A stretch of 64,000 nt of DNA from an uncultured delta proteobacterium (GTDB lineage Bacteria; Desulfobacterota; Desulfobacteria; Desulfobacterales; Desulfatirhabdiaceae). Shown one piece after another: positions 31,150-40,808 of this stretch; the first letter of the stretch is position 1, and each line of letters starts with the position of its first letter. The notes under the pieces were generated by a model. The model saw nothing but the letters and a program-made list of their open reading frames with translations, was not told where the DNA came from and searched no databases. The DNA is taken from NCBI GenBank assembly GCA_963789395.1, contig CAWBKP010000021.1, forward strand, positions 96,001 through 160,000, written 5' to 3'. A program made the position numbers and the translations under genes.

Positions 31150-32163
31150 TCACAGATCCGGCGGCGGATCGAGAAGGGTTTCAACCCAGCGGGGCGGAAA
31201 GCCGTCAAGACCATGTGCAGCGCCTATCAGGGCCCCCAGAACCGCCCCGCGCCCGGCATTGTCGCCCCCGAGATTGGTGTTGGCGACAAGCGCCGCTTCC
31301 GGGTTGTCATGATATTTCAGCGCCAGATATACGACAGCGGGAACGGCGTCTTCCACATAGCAGGCCGTGCTCAATCGCCGGCCCACGACCATGTCGTCGG
31401 CTTCGGACAGCCATTTTATAAAGGGATGTCCCAGGAGCGGATTTTTCTGAGCGGCAATTTGTGCGATTGCCGCCTCCCGCAGCGGGGTGCCTGCAAGCAC
31501 CGAAAGCAACAGATCGATGACCAGAGCTGCCGCCGTCCGCATCTTCATTCCGGCATGCGTCAGGGCAAGATGATCCAGGGCCGCAGTCCGGGCAAGGGCC
31601 GGCTGGTTGCGGTAATAAACCACGATGGGCAGGATGCCGCCAATGCCGCCGATATGTTTTTCCACAGCGCCGCATTTCTCCGGAGGCTGTCCCTTTGCGT
31701 AATTGGTGAAAAAATTCCGGTGGCATTCCTCGATATAAGTGTCCCGGTGGCTTCCGGGCGTCGTCATAAAGGCGATATATCTTTGGAGAAAATCGGCGGA
31801 AGCGTATCCGCCGGATTCTATGAGAGAATCCATGAGAAGGCGGCTGATCTTGACGTTCAGCGTATTTTCGCCCGCCTTGAGGAACTGGTGGTAGTGAACA
31901 TTTTTTTTGCCCCAGTATCTGGCCTGATCATGGAGGATTTCCCCTTTGACGTTTTGTGCCCGATATTCCGATCGCCAGAGAATGCTGTCCGGATGTTCTT
32001 TGAGCGGTGAGAGGAAATCCGTCACCCGGCCGTAGTCCCGAAAAAGCGCACCGCGGTCGTAGTACCAGTGAACCGGCATGGCAAGCGCATCGCCGATACA
32101 CATTCCGAATAGCGCGCCGCGCATCTTCGAAAGATCCTGATGGGTGTCTGTGTTCATCCGCAC
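31150..32163 (-). CDS. ADP-ribosylglycohydrolase family protein
   Basis: IGDALAMPVHWYY, NTNLGGDNAGRGAVLGALIGA. Confidence 0.85.
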   Translation of the reverse strand: MRMNTDTHQDLSKMRGALFGMCIGDALAMPVHWYYDRGALFRDYGRVTDFLSPLKEHPDSILWRSEYRAQNVKGEILHDQARYWGKKNVHYHQFLKAGENTLNVKISRLLMDSLIESGGYASADFLQRYIAFMTTPGSHRDTYIEECHRNFFTNYAKGQPPEKCGAVEKHIGGIGGILPIVVYYRNQPALARTAALDHLALTHAGMKMRTAAALVIDLLLSVLAGTPLREAAIAQIAAQKNPLLGHPFIKWLSEADDMVVGRRLSTACYVEDAVPAVVYLALKYHDNPEAALVANTNLGGDNAGRGAVLGALIGAAHGLDGFPPRWVETLLDPPPDL

Positions 32164-32308
32164 ATCCTCGGAATATGGAACGCTTTGTCCCGGAAAAGGC
32201 TCAGTTCGCCGCAGAGCCCTTCAGCGCACGCCTGTTGACTATGAATGACGGGCGTGATGCCGCGCTGTGCGCCGTCAGTTTTTTCTGCCAGAAGATATCG
32301 GGAACAAT

Positions 32309-33346
32309 CTATCCGCGTTGACCAAAGCGGTAATGGCCCACCCGCCATTCTTCACCGCCTCTGAAACCCCACAATTCGGAGCAGGCCATAAAAAAAATCC
32401 GCCACCGTTGAAACCAGCGTTTTTCATTTCCCGCTCCGTAGACCTGGCTCAGGATGGGAAGCACGGTATCACGGCTCCGGTCGAGGTTTTGAAGCCAGGC
32501 CTCGGCGGTTTTCCGGTAGTGCAGGCCCGATACCACCCAGTGTCTCTCCAGTTTCAGGTCTTCCTGGAAATAGAGCAGCAGGTCGTCCGATGGCATCATG
32601 CCGGCGGTAAAGAAATACCGGCCCATCCAGTCGTCTTCCCCTTCGGATTCGAACAGGTAGGGGTATTCCCGATGGCAGAATATGTGGATAAATACCTTCC
32701 CTGCGGGCGTGAGCCAGGCGGAAAAACGGCGCAGGATCTCCCGGTAATTGCGCAGATGTTCGAACATCTCGATGGAGACAATCCGGTCAAACGACTGCCC
32801 GGGATCCAGCGCGTCGATCTCTACCGTCCTGACATCGACAGACGTCAGTCGCTTTTCCCGGCACCGGTCTTCGATAAAATTTCGTTGGGGGGTCGAATTG
32901 GATATTGCCAGGATCCGGCAACCGGGAAACCGCTCGGCAATATAAAGAGACAAGGCTCCCCACCCGCACCCGGCATCGAGAATGCGCTGGCCGTCGGCGA
33001 TGCCGGCCCGGCGACAGGTTTCCGCAAGCATGGCTTCCTCGGCATCGTCGAGGGTCTGAACCGAATCCGTCCAGAGGCCGCAGCTGTATTTCATTCTGCG
33101 CCCCATGACCTGCCGGAAAAAGGCCGGCGGCAACTCGTAATGCTGCTGTCTGGGTTTTTCGGGTTGAAGAACAACCGGACTATTTTTGAGACGGTCGATG
33201 AAGTCGTTCTTTTTCACCTGCCGCGCTTCCGCATATCCGGCTCCTTCCAGGCAAAGCCGTTTCCGGTTCAGCAGGCCGATCCCGCGTCGGATAACCGCAT
33301 CAGGGATCAGGCCGGACTCGGCGAAACCGATCCACCCCCGTTTCAT
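32309..33346 (-). CDS. SAM-dependent methyltransferase, CFA-synthase/CmaA-like
   Basis: [41 protein letters not shown]. Confidence 0.88.
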   Translation of the reverse strand: MKRGWIGFAESGLIPDAVIRRGIGLLNRKRLCLEGAGYAEARQVKKNDFIDRLKNSPVVLQPEKPRQQHYELPPAFFRQVMGRRMKYSCGLWTDSVQTLDDAEEAMLAETCRRAGIADGQRILDAGCGWGALSLYIAERFPGCRILAISNSTPQRNFIEDRCREKRLTSVDVRTVEIDALDPGQSFDRIVSIEMFEHLRNYREILRRFSAWLTPAGKVFIHIFCHREYPYLFESEGEDDWMGRYFFTAGMMPSDDLLLYFQEDLKLERHWVVSGLHYRKTAEAWLQNLDRSRDTVLPILSQVYGAGNEKRWFQRWRIFFMACSELWGFRGGEEWRVGHYRFGQRG

Positions 33347-33531
33347 TATTTGGCGTCCGTTATCTTGATATCCCCGGCATACCGACCGACCGTGGCGCTA
33401 TCCACGCAGTTCTCGAGTTCTTCCGGCCCCAGATCCTTCGGATTTCGCAGGGCTTTGAGGGGGCAGACGAATTCCTCACCGCTTCCGTCCCGGACCCTGA
33501 CGTACAGCTCTCTCTGATCGTTTTCATCCAT
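33346..33531 (-). CDS. Small hypothetical protein (61 aa)
   Basis: GGAGG RBS, stop overlaps the next start; EFVCP and NCVD motifs. Confidence 0.65.
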   Translation of the reverse strand: MDENDQRELYVRVRDGSGEEFVCPLKALRNPKDLGPEELENCVDSATVGRYAGDIKITDAK

Positions 33532-33849
33532 AACAGCCTCCTTGATTGAATGTATTATTATACACTAATACAAACCGATTTATTTTCAACAGTTTTTTCA
33601 ATAGAATTGACAAGCCACTGGAAAATGGAAAGGGGAGCTTCACTTTGTCAACTTACGCCGGCGCCAATCTGCAGTTTCTGTCGGCGAATATCGGTTTCAT
33701 TCCAGTGGCCGCTTTCACCAAGGGCTTGACAACCAGACCCCAAATGAGGTTTATTCATATTAAGGGCCCATTTTCGGGAGGGTCTGATGTTCGGGATGCC
33801 GGCCGTTGGGCGGGCCAGGATCGCCCCGGCCCCGGATAGGAGATGTCCG

Positions 33850-34776
33850 ATGCGCTTTGGCCTCTGCTGCCTTTTTAAACAAGAACCGGTTTCATTTCGC
33901 ACAACCACCGCCAAGGGATTGCTGTCGCTTGGCCGCCACCGGCGACTGCAGAAAGTTTCTGAAATCTGCTTTCACAACGTGAATAACCTGTATCTGGCTC
34001 TGGAGACAGTCCATCGCCTGGGCATCGGGGCATTCAGAATCATGTCGCCGCTCTTCCCGCGCATGACGCATCCGGATGCGGGTTACCGGTTGGAGCATCT
34101 GCCGGATGCATCGGAAATCGTGCTTCAGCTCGATAAAACCAGGGTATTTGCCCGCCGACATGATATCCGGCTGAGTTTTCACCCCGACCAGTTTGTCGTG
34201 TTGTCGTCTGTCAGGCCGCACGTGGTCCGGAATTCCATCCGTGAACTCGAATATCAGGGGATGCTGGCCGAGGCGGTGGGGGCGGACGTGATCAATATTC
34301 ATGCCGGCGGCGTGTATGGGGATAAACACCTGGCATTGCAGCGCCTGGAATCAGTTGTCTCCGATCTGCCGAGTGCTGTCAGAACCCGGTTGACGCTTGA
34401 AAACGATGATGTCAGCTATACGCCGAGGGATCTGCTGACCTTTTGTGAACGTCTTTCGATACCCCTGGTGTATGACGTCCACCATCATCGATGCAACCCG
34501 GACTCTCTCTCGGTTTCAGCGGCGACAACGCTGGCGGGACACACCTGGCTGGCCTCGGGACGGGAGCAGTACTGTCACATCTCCTCTCCCCGCAACGGGT
34601 GGCAGGGGGGGACCCGAAACCGCACGCAGAGTATATCGACCCGGCTGATTTTCCTGCATGCTGGCGGGGGAGGGAAATGACGGTTGATTTGGAAGCCAAG
34701 GCAAAGGAATTGGCTGTCGTACGGCTGATGTCAGAGCTCAACGGGGATCGTCTCAAAAGCGGCAGAACGGCAAATA
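33850..34776 (+). CDS. uvsE: UV DNA damage endonuclease UvsE/UVDE, frameshifted at the G-run near 34604-34611; 3' end uncertain
   Basis: RLSFHPDQFVVL, IHAGG, LTLENDD, YDVHHH, HISSP, then PHAEYI and DLEAKAKE in the second frame. Confidence 0.9.
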
Positions 34777-34802
34777 ACCTGAAACAGACAAGGAGGCGAA
34801 GT

Positions 34803-35345
34803 ATGGCTCAAATTGATCAAAAAAAACGCAAGGAAAAAGTGATCGAAGTGCTGAACAAAGCGCGCGCCATGGAGCTGCACGCCATAAGCCAGTACATGAA
34901 CCAGCACTACAATCTGGACAACTGGGATTACGGGGATATGGCCGCAAAGGTCAAGCTCATCGCTATTGACGAGATGCGGCATGCGGAGATGTTTGCGGAA
35001 CGGGTGGAAGAACTCGGAGGTCAGCCGGTGACGGATCCTGCTGCCAAGGCAGTCAAAGGCCAGAGCGTGGAAGCGATCTTTCCCTTTGATGCGACCCTCG
35101 AGGACAACACCGTGGACACCTATAACGGCTTTCTCCAGGTGTGCAGAGATAACGGCGACAGCTCCAGCGCCAAGCTCTTGGAGCAGATCATCGACGAAGA
35201 GCAGATACATTACAACTACTTCGACAATGTCAGCGGTCACATCAAGAACCTTGACGGAACCTATCTGGCTCAGATCGCCGGAACGCCATCGGCCACCGGC
35301 CTGCAGACTCTGGGCTTTGTGGCGCGCAAGGGAGGCGCCCCGTAA
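34803..35345 (+). CDS. bfr: Bacterioferritin (Desulfovibrio type)
   Basis: KVIEVLNKARAMELHAI.QYMNQHY, DEMRHAE, EEQIH; AGGAGG RBS. Confidence 0.92.
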   Translation: MAQIDQKKRKEKVIEVLNKARAMELHAISQYMNQHYNLDNWDYGDMAAKVKLIAIDEMRHAEMFAERVEELGGQPVTDPAAKAVKGQSVEAIFPFDATLEDNTVDTYNGFLQVCRDNGDSSSAKLLEQIIDEEQIHYNYFDNVSGHIKNLDGTYLAQIAGTPSATGLQTLGFVARKGGAP

Positions 35346-35387
35346 TCCGGTGCATAGGCAACCGAGGATCGTCGGACGGATTTTTCC

Positions 35388-35520
35388 ATGCAACAGGTTT
35401 CCGTAGGGCTTTCATTGCATCGGCCGGAAATGCTGCCCTTCATTGCCGGGTGGATGCGGCAGCACGATGCGATTTTTTTGGAGGAACCGCCCTCACCCGG
35501 CTTCGATCAGATCTCAGCCT
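35388..35520 (+). pseudogene. Possible 5' fragment of a hypothetical gene
   Basis: MQQVSVGLSLHRPEMLPFIAGWMRQHDAIFLEEPP looks protein-like, then the frame degenerates and overlaps a convergent gene. Confidence 0.35.
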
Positions 35521-35585
35521 CAGCGGGAAAAGCTCCTTGCGGCGCGATCGATGATTTATTCGAAGATTTTGGAAAAATCCGAAAA

Positions 35586-36053
35586 TCAGAGCGAGCGGGC
35601 ATCCGACTGCTCCGCTGCTGCCTTCAGCGCCCGGTTCATCATTCCGAATGCTTCGAGGCCCTGGCCCTTGAGCCAAGGCCACATGATCGGCAATAATATG
35701 CCGCTGTACGCCTCTCTTTGAACAAAACGGACCCCGTCTTCTCCGAGAGGCTCCAGCATGAAAAGGTGTTCCCCATCCAGCAGACCAGGGAAAAGCAAGT
35801 TGCCCAGCCATCTGATTTTCCGCTCAACCTCGAAATCCAGCACTTTTGGCCGGAGGGCCATCGGCAACCCGCAGGGCAGGATGGCAAGAACCCGAAGGCG
35901 TTTTCCACCGATCAGCTCCCCTTCAATCCTTCTGATGAAAGGGTTCCACGAACCGTAACCGGGAAAATCCGTCAGGACTTTCCAAACGACTGCACTGGGC
36001 GCGTTGATTTCAATCTCAGTATGTATCCGTCGGTTCCGGATCAAGCGGCTCAT
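35586..36053 (-). CDS. SRPBCC/polyketide cyclase family protein
   Basis: TEIEINAP, VWKVLTDF, WNPFI, DGEHLF, MNRALKAAAE; ATGA overlap with the upstream gene. Confidence 0.85.
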   Translation of the reverse strand: MSRLIRNRRIHTEIEINAPSAVVWKVLTDFPGYGSWNPFIRRIEGELIGGKRLRVLAILPCGLPMALRPKVLDFEVERKIRWLGNLLFPGLLDGEHLFMLEPLGEDGVRFVQREAYSGILLPIMWPWLKGQGLEAFGMMNRALKAAAEQSDARSL

Positions 36054-37024
36054 GTCCTGAGGCATGACTGGCGGGATACAGGGTTTTCCGAGTCGGGGGA
36101 CGTTTCCGAAAGCGCAGTGCGAATGGCTTCTTCCATGGAAACAAGGCGGACCGGGATGAGCTCTCGGATTTCGTTGTTCTTGCACACGACTTCGTTCTTG
36201 AGTCCTTCCACCAGCGGCATCACAACACCAGCCGGAACCGTCGTTACAAAATTTATCCAATAGGATGAAAGGTGGGGGGTCAGAATCGGAACCGTGAGTA
36301 TCAGGCGATGCAGCCGTCGAATACGGGCATATTTCACCATCAATTGTCGGTAAGTGATGATATCCGGGCCGCCAATGTCAAGGGTCTTCCCTGCCGTTTC
36401 GGGTTCAAGCAGACAGCCCGCCAGGTATTCGATGACGTTTTCCACAGCAATGGGCTGACAGCGCGTTTCGATCCAGCGGGGACAGACCATGACCGGGAGT
36501 CGTTCCACAAGGTGACGCAGCATTTCGAACGGGGCGCCTCCGGCCCCGATAATATTGGCGGCCCTCAGTACCGTGGTTTGGGCCCGGGCAGACTGAAGCT
36601 CACGGGCTACGATCTGTCGGCTTTTTAAATGCTCGGAGAGGTTGTCTGCCATCTCCCCCAAGCCCCCGAGGTAGATGATGCGTTTGACGCCTGATCCATC
36701 GGCGGCCCATGTGAAGTTACGTGCGGCCTGGATGTCTTTTTCGAGGTAGGCTTTGTACTGGAAAAGGCTCCGGCCTCCCATGGAGTGAACCAGGTAGTAG
36801 GCCGTATCGATACCATCAAAGGCCGGCTGCAGCGTCTCGGGTTTCAGGAGGTCTCCTTCCATTACCTGCGGTTCCATATCGCAAGGAACATCGACCGGAA
36901 AACGCTTTGTTGACCGAACCAGACACCGTGCGCGGATGCCCCGTGATGCAAGCTCTTTTAAAAGTCGGGCGCCAATAAATCCGGTGGCCCCCGTCAACAG
37001 GACATTGGGCGATTCATCGTTCAT
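36050..37024 (-). CDS. NAD(P)-binding atypical SDR (YbjT-like)
   Basis: TGATGFIG, YYLVHSM, IYLGGLG, SEHLKSR, LVEGL. Confidence 0.88.
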   Translation of the reverse strand: MNDESPNVLLTGATGFIGARLLKELASRGIRARCLVRSTKRFPVDVPCDMEPQVMEGDLLKPETLQPAFDGIDTAYYLVHSMGGRSLFQYKAYLEKDIQAARNFTWAADGSGVKRIIYLGGLGEMADNLSEHLKSRQIVARELQSARAQTTVLRAANIIGAGGAPFEMLRHLVERLPVMVCPRWIETRCQPIAVENVIEYLAGCLLEPETAGKTLDIGGPDIITYRQLMVKYARIRRLHRLILTVPILTPHLSSYWINFVTTVPAGVVMPLVEGLKNEVVCKNNEIRELIPVRLVSMEEAIRTALSETSPDSENPVSRQSCLRT

Positions 37025-37355
37025 GTGATTAAGACCTCGTCGTGGGCTTGTGCCGTTCTCAGACGCGATGACCCGGCAGTGAGACAACGTGATATCCGGC
37101 CTGAGTCAATGCAATAATAACCATTTTCCGAGCGGCGGCATGCTACAATGGAACCAAACGAAATATAACCAGAAAGCAGACGGGAGAACAACTTTCATTC
37201 CCGTTATTACGAGTATATTGGGAAGGATCTGGCGAGTCAATAGGGTTTTGATCACGAAAAACAGGACTTGCAGCCACTCAATGTCAGAGTCAAGGGTCGG
37301 GCATGAAACGCTTAATATTACTCATAATTATCGGGAAATCGGATAATAAATGCCA

Positions 37356-37390
37356 TTGACAGCTTTTTTGTTAAGTGATAATTATTATTA
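37356..37390 (+). promoter_or_regulatory. Promoter region with overlapping Fur/PerR-like 7-1-7 box
   Basis: TTGACA at 37356-37361; tgataat-t-attatta at 37376-37390 versus Fur consensus TGATAAT-N-ATTATCA. Confidence 0.55.
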
Positions 37391-37516
37391 AAATAAGTTG
37401 TTACCTCCCCGGGTTGGGTACTGTCTGCAGACGCAAGCCCAATCCTGGGCTGAGTTCAGACCGCGATCGGCTTGAAGACCAAGCCGATATCAGCAATATA
37501 TTAAGCTGGGACGCCA

Positions 37517-38293
37517 ATGATCACCCCCTACCTGCTCATCCTTCTCGTTGTGCTGCTGTATATGACCGGCTGGTTTCTGCTGGCCCTGCGCCGCCGCCGC
37601 AATGGTCTGGCCGATATCGCCTGGGGCGGCGGATTCATCGCGGCGGCATTGACGAAGCGTGCTCCGGACCGGGGGAATGCCCCGCGCCTGGATGGCGGTG
37701 CTGCTGGTGGTCCTCTGGGGGGGGCGGCTGGCGGTGCACATCGGCCTGCGAAATCTGGGAAAGGGCGAGGACGAGCGCTACCGCAAGTGGCGGGAGGCGT
37801 GGGGGCACGGCTGGCGCCTTCGCTCTTTCTCCAGGTTTTCCTGCTTCAAGGTTTCCTGATATACCTGATCTGCCTTCCGGTCATCCGGATTTGTTTCTGG
37901 CGCGGTCCAAGCAGCTTGACCGTCTCTCGATGCGCTCGGCCTGGCCGTCTGGATGGCCGGGTTTTATTTCGAAGCCGTTGGGGATTTCCAGCTGGCCCAA
38001 TTCAAGAAAGACCCGGCCAACCGGGGAAGATCATCCAGCAGGGGCTCTGGCGCTATTCGCGGCATCCCAATTATTTCGGCGAGGTCACCCTGTGGTGGGG
38101 CATCTACCTGATGGCACTGCCTGTGCCGGGCGGCTGGATGACGATCATCGGGCCCCTGACCATTACCTTCCTGATTCTTAAAGTTTCCGGCATTCCCCTG
38201 CTGGAAAGCAAATATGCCGAGAACGCGGCATTTCAGGCATACGCCCGGCGCACCAGTGCTTTTTTCCCGCTTCCGCCGCGCAAGGAGGGCTGA
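37517..38293 (+). CDS. DUF1295 / steroid 5-alpha-reductase-like membrane protein, several compensating frameshifts
   Basis: ADIAWGGGF, GEDERY (alternate frame), GLWRYSRHPNYFGE, SGIPLLE, TSAFFP. Confidence 0.85.
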   Translation: MITPYLLILLVVLLYMTGWFLLALRRRRNGLADIAWGGGFIAAALTKRAPDRGNAPRLDGGAAGGPLGGAAGGAHRPAKSGKGRGRALPQVAGGVGARLAPSLFLQVFLLQGFLIYLICLPVIRICFWRGPSSLTVSRCARPGRLDGRVLFRSRWGFPAGPIQERPGQPGKIIQQGLWRYSRHPNYFGEVTLWWGIYLMALPVPGGWMTIIGPLTITFLILKVSGIPLLESKYAENAAFQAYARRTSAFFPLPPRKEG

Positions 38294-38298
38294 CACCC

Positions 38299-38715
38299 AT
38301 GTGGCACAACATCAAACTCTTTCTGATACTGATACCCGTGCTTTTTTTCTTCGACTACCTCTGGCTCGGGAAGATCATGGGCGGGTTTTATAAACAGGAA
38401 CTCGGACTTCTGGCCCGCAGGGCAGGGGAGGACCTCGATCCGCTGATCTGGGCCGCCGGTATCGTCTATCTTCTGATTCCGCTGGGGATCGTCCTGTTTG
38501 CCCTTCCCCATGTGTCCCCTGAGAGCCTGCCCGGCTCATCCCTCTTCTGGGGCTTCGTCTACGGGGTGGTCCTATACGGGATCTATGACATGACCAACCT
38601 GGCCATGCTGGCCGGATGGTCCCTCAAGCTTTCCCTGATCGATATCTTATGGGGCGGCGTGCTGTGCGCCGTCACCACAAGTCTGGCGGCTTACCTGGAC
38701 CGGTGGCTGGCATGA
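38299..38715 (+). CDS. DUF2177 family membrane protein
   Basis: DYLWLG, YGIYDMTNLA, W..KLSLIDILWG. Confidence 0.85.
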   Translation: MWHNIKLFLILIPVLFFFDYLWLGKIMGGFYKQELGLLARRAGEDLDPLIWAAGIVYLLIPLGIVLFALPHVSPESLPGSSLFWGFVYGVVLYGIYDMTNLAMLAGWSLKLSLIDILWGGVLCAVTTSLAAYLDRWLA

Positions 38716-38792
38716 GCTTCCCGGATCTTTCACAGGGGCTACCGGGGCGGCCGGGCCGCTTGATGCCGCGCCCTCCGGAAGGCGGTGGCCCG

Positions 38793-40037
38793 ATGAAAAT
38801 CGCCGTCATCGGATCGGGCATCTCGGGCTTGACGGCTTCCTGGCTGCTGCACCGGGACTTCGACCTCACCGTTTATGAAGCCGGCGATTATGCGGGCGGG
38901 CACACCCACACCGTCGATGTCGATCTGCCGGAAGGCCGCTATGCGGTGGACACCGGTTTCATCGTCTTCAACAAAGTCACCTACCCGAATTTCTGCCGGA
39001 TACTGGACCGGTTAGGAGTGGACTCTCAGCCCAGCCGGATGACCTTCAGCGTCAAATGCCAAAAAACGGGGCTGGAATACAATTCCCACAACCTCGACAC
39101 CTTTTTCGCCCAGCGGAAAAACCTGGTTTCGCCGTCTTTCTGGCGGATGATCCTGGAAATTTTCCGGTTCCGGAGCCGGTTCAAACACTATCTGGATGTT
39201 TCGGACCCGGGGGTTCCCCTGGTCCGAACCCTGCGTGACCATGGCTTTTCTTCCCGTTTCATTGAACAGTTCATCACACCCCTGGGATCCTCTCTGTGGT
39301 CGGCCGATCCGGAACAGTTCAGCCAGTTTCCACTGCAGACATTTGTCCGGTTCTTTAAAAACCACGGATTTCTCGATATCCGCAATCCATTCGAGTGGCG
39401 GGTCATCTGCGGCGGGTCCAGGCAATACGTGGAAAAAATGACGGCCGGCTTCGCAGGCCGGATCCGGACGAATATGCCGGTAACCGGTATCCGGAGATTT
39501 GGCGATCGGGTGGAGGTTACCGATCGGAGCGGAGAGACGGTTTCCTATGACCAGGTCGTTGTGGCCGTTCATTCCGACCAGGCACTGCGGCTGCTGACGG
39601 ATGCCACGCCGGCGGAAAGGGACATCCTGGGTGCCATTCCCTATCAGGAGAACGATACGGTGCTGCATACCGACGCCCGCATCCTTCCCGAACGCCGGCG
39701 GATCTGGGCCAGCTGGAACTATCTGATACCGGCGCAAATGAAAAACCGGGCCGTACTGACCTATGACATGAATATCCTGCAGTCGCTCCCTGCTTCCCGG
39801 GAATTCTGCGTGACCCTCAATTGCGCCGAGGCCATCGACCCCGGGGAGGTCAAGGCGCGTTTCGTCTACCACCATCCGGTTTTTACGACCCGGGCGCCCG
39901 AAGCCCAAAAACGCCGCGAAGAGATCAGCGGATTGAACCGGACCCACTACTGCGGGGCCTACTGGGGGTATGGTTTTCACGAAGACGGGGTCAACAGCGC
40001 CCTTCAGGTTGCGCGCCGGTTCGGAAAGGGGCTCTGA
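38793..40037 (+). CDS. FAD-dependent oxidoreductase, UfaD-like (amine oxidase fold)
   Basis: IGSGISGL, GGHTHT, VDTGFIVFN, YPNF, WASWNY, GAYWGYGFHEDG. Confidence 0.88.
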   Translation: MKIAVIGSGISGLTASWLLHRDFDLTVYEAGDYAGGHTHTVDVDLPEGRYAVDTGFIVFNKVTYPNFCRILDRLGVDSQPSRMTFSVKCQKTGLEYNSHNLDTFFAQRKNLVSPSFWRMILEIFRFRSRFKHYLDVSDPGVPLVRTLRDHGFSSRFIEQFITPLGSSLWSADPEQFSQFPLQTFVRFFKNHGFLDIRNPFEWRVICGGSRQYVEKMTAGFAGRIRTNMPVTGIRRFGDRVEVTDRSGETVSYDQVVVAVHSDQALRLLTDATPAERDILGAIPYQENDTVLHTDARILPERRRIWASWNYLIPAQMKNRAVLTYDMNILQSLPASREFCVTLNCAEAIDPGEVKARFVYHHPVFTTRAPEAQKRREEISGLNRTHYCGAYWGYGFHEDGVNSALQVARRFGKGL

Positions 40038-40039
40038 GC

Positions 40040-40793
40040 GTGCAAAGCTGTCTATATATCGGCCACGTCCGCCACCGCCGCTTTCTCCCGATAAGAAAAC
40101 AGCTTCCGGTACGCGCTCTTTTGGGTGTATTCCGACCTGTCAGAAATGGAGCAGGCATTCCGTGCCAGCCCCATCTGGTCCGTGAACCGTTTCAATCTGG
40201 CCTGCTTCCTGAGGAAGGACCATTTCGGGGATCCCGGGCAGCCGCTCGATTTGGCGGTCCGGTCCCTGGTGGCGTCAAAAACGGGGAAACGGCCTGCCGG
40301 CCCGATCCGTCTGCTCTGCCACTTCCGGTACTTCGGGTATTGCTTCAACCCGGCCTCTTTCTATTACTGCTACAATCCGGAGGGAACGCTCCTTGAGACC
40401 ATCGTGGTCGAGATTCACAACACCCCGTGGGGCCAGGTGCACTGCTATGTTCTGGATGCTTCCGACAGCCTGGCCGGACCGCCCTACCGGCGTCACGAAC
40501 TTGAAAAGGCTTTCCATGTCTCCCCGTTCATGGACATGGACATGCAGTATGACTGGCGTTTTCGCGAGCCCGGAGAAACGGTCGGCGTGCATATGGAGAG
40601 CTACCGGGAAAAGGTCAAATATTTTGACGCCACCTTGACCCTTCGTCGCCATGAAATTACCGGGTCCCTCCTGAACCGGGTTCTTCTGACCTATCCGCCC
40701 CTGACGCTGAAAGTCTCAACAATGATCTACTGGCAGGCCCTGCGTCTGTGGCGCAAGAAGGTGCCCTTTTATACCCATCCTGAAAAAAGGTGA
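40040..40793 (+). CDS. DUF1365 family protein (UfaO-like), frameshifted near 40098
   Basis: GHVRHRRF, GYCFNPASFYYC, EIHNTPW, KAFHVSPFM, IYWQALRLW. Confidence 0.88.
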
Positions 40794-40808
40794 AAGTGAG
40801 CGTGATTC

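Noticed and set aside
31000..33517. Long plus-strand ORFs of 336 and 416 aa
   Set aside because: Antisense shadows of well-supported minus-strand genes in GC-rich sequence
33540..33790. CarH/LitR-type operator in the divergent promoter region
   Set aside because: The TACA/GACA words lack regular 11-bp spacing and no such regulator is in the window
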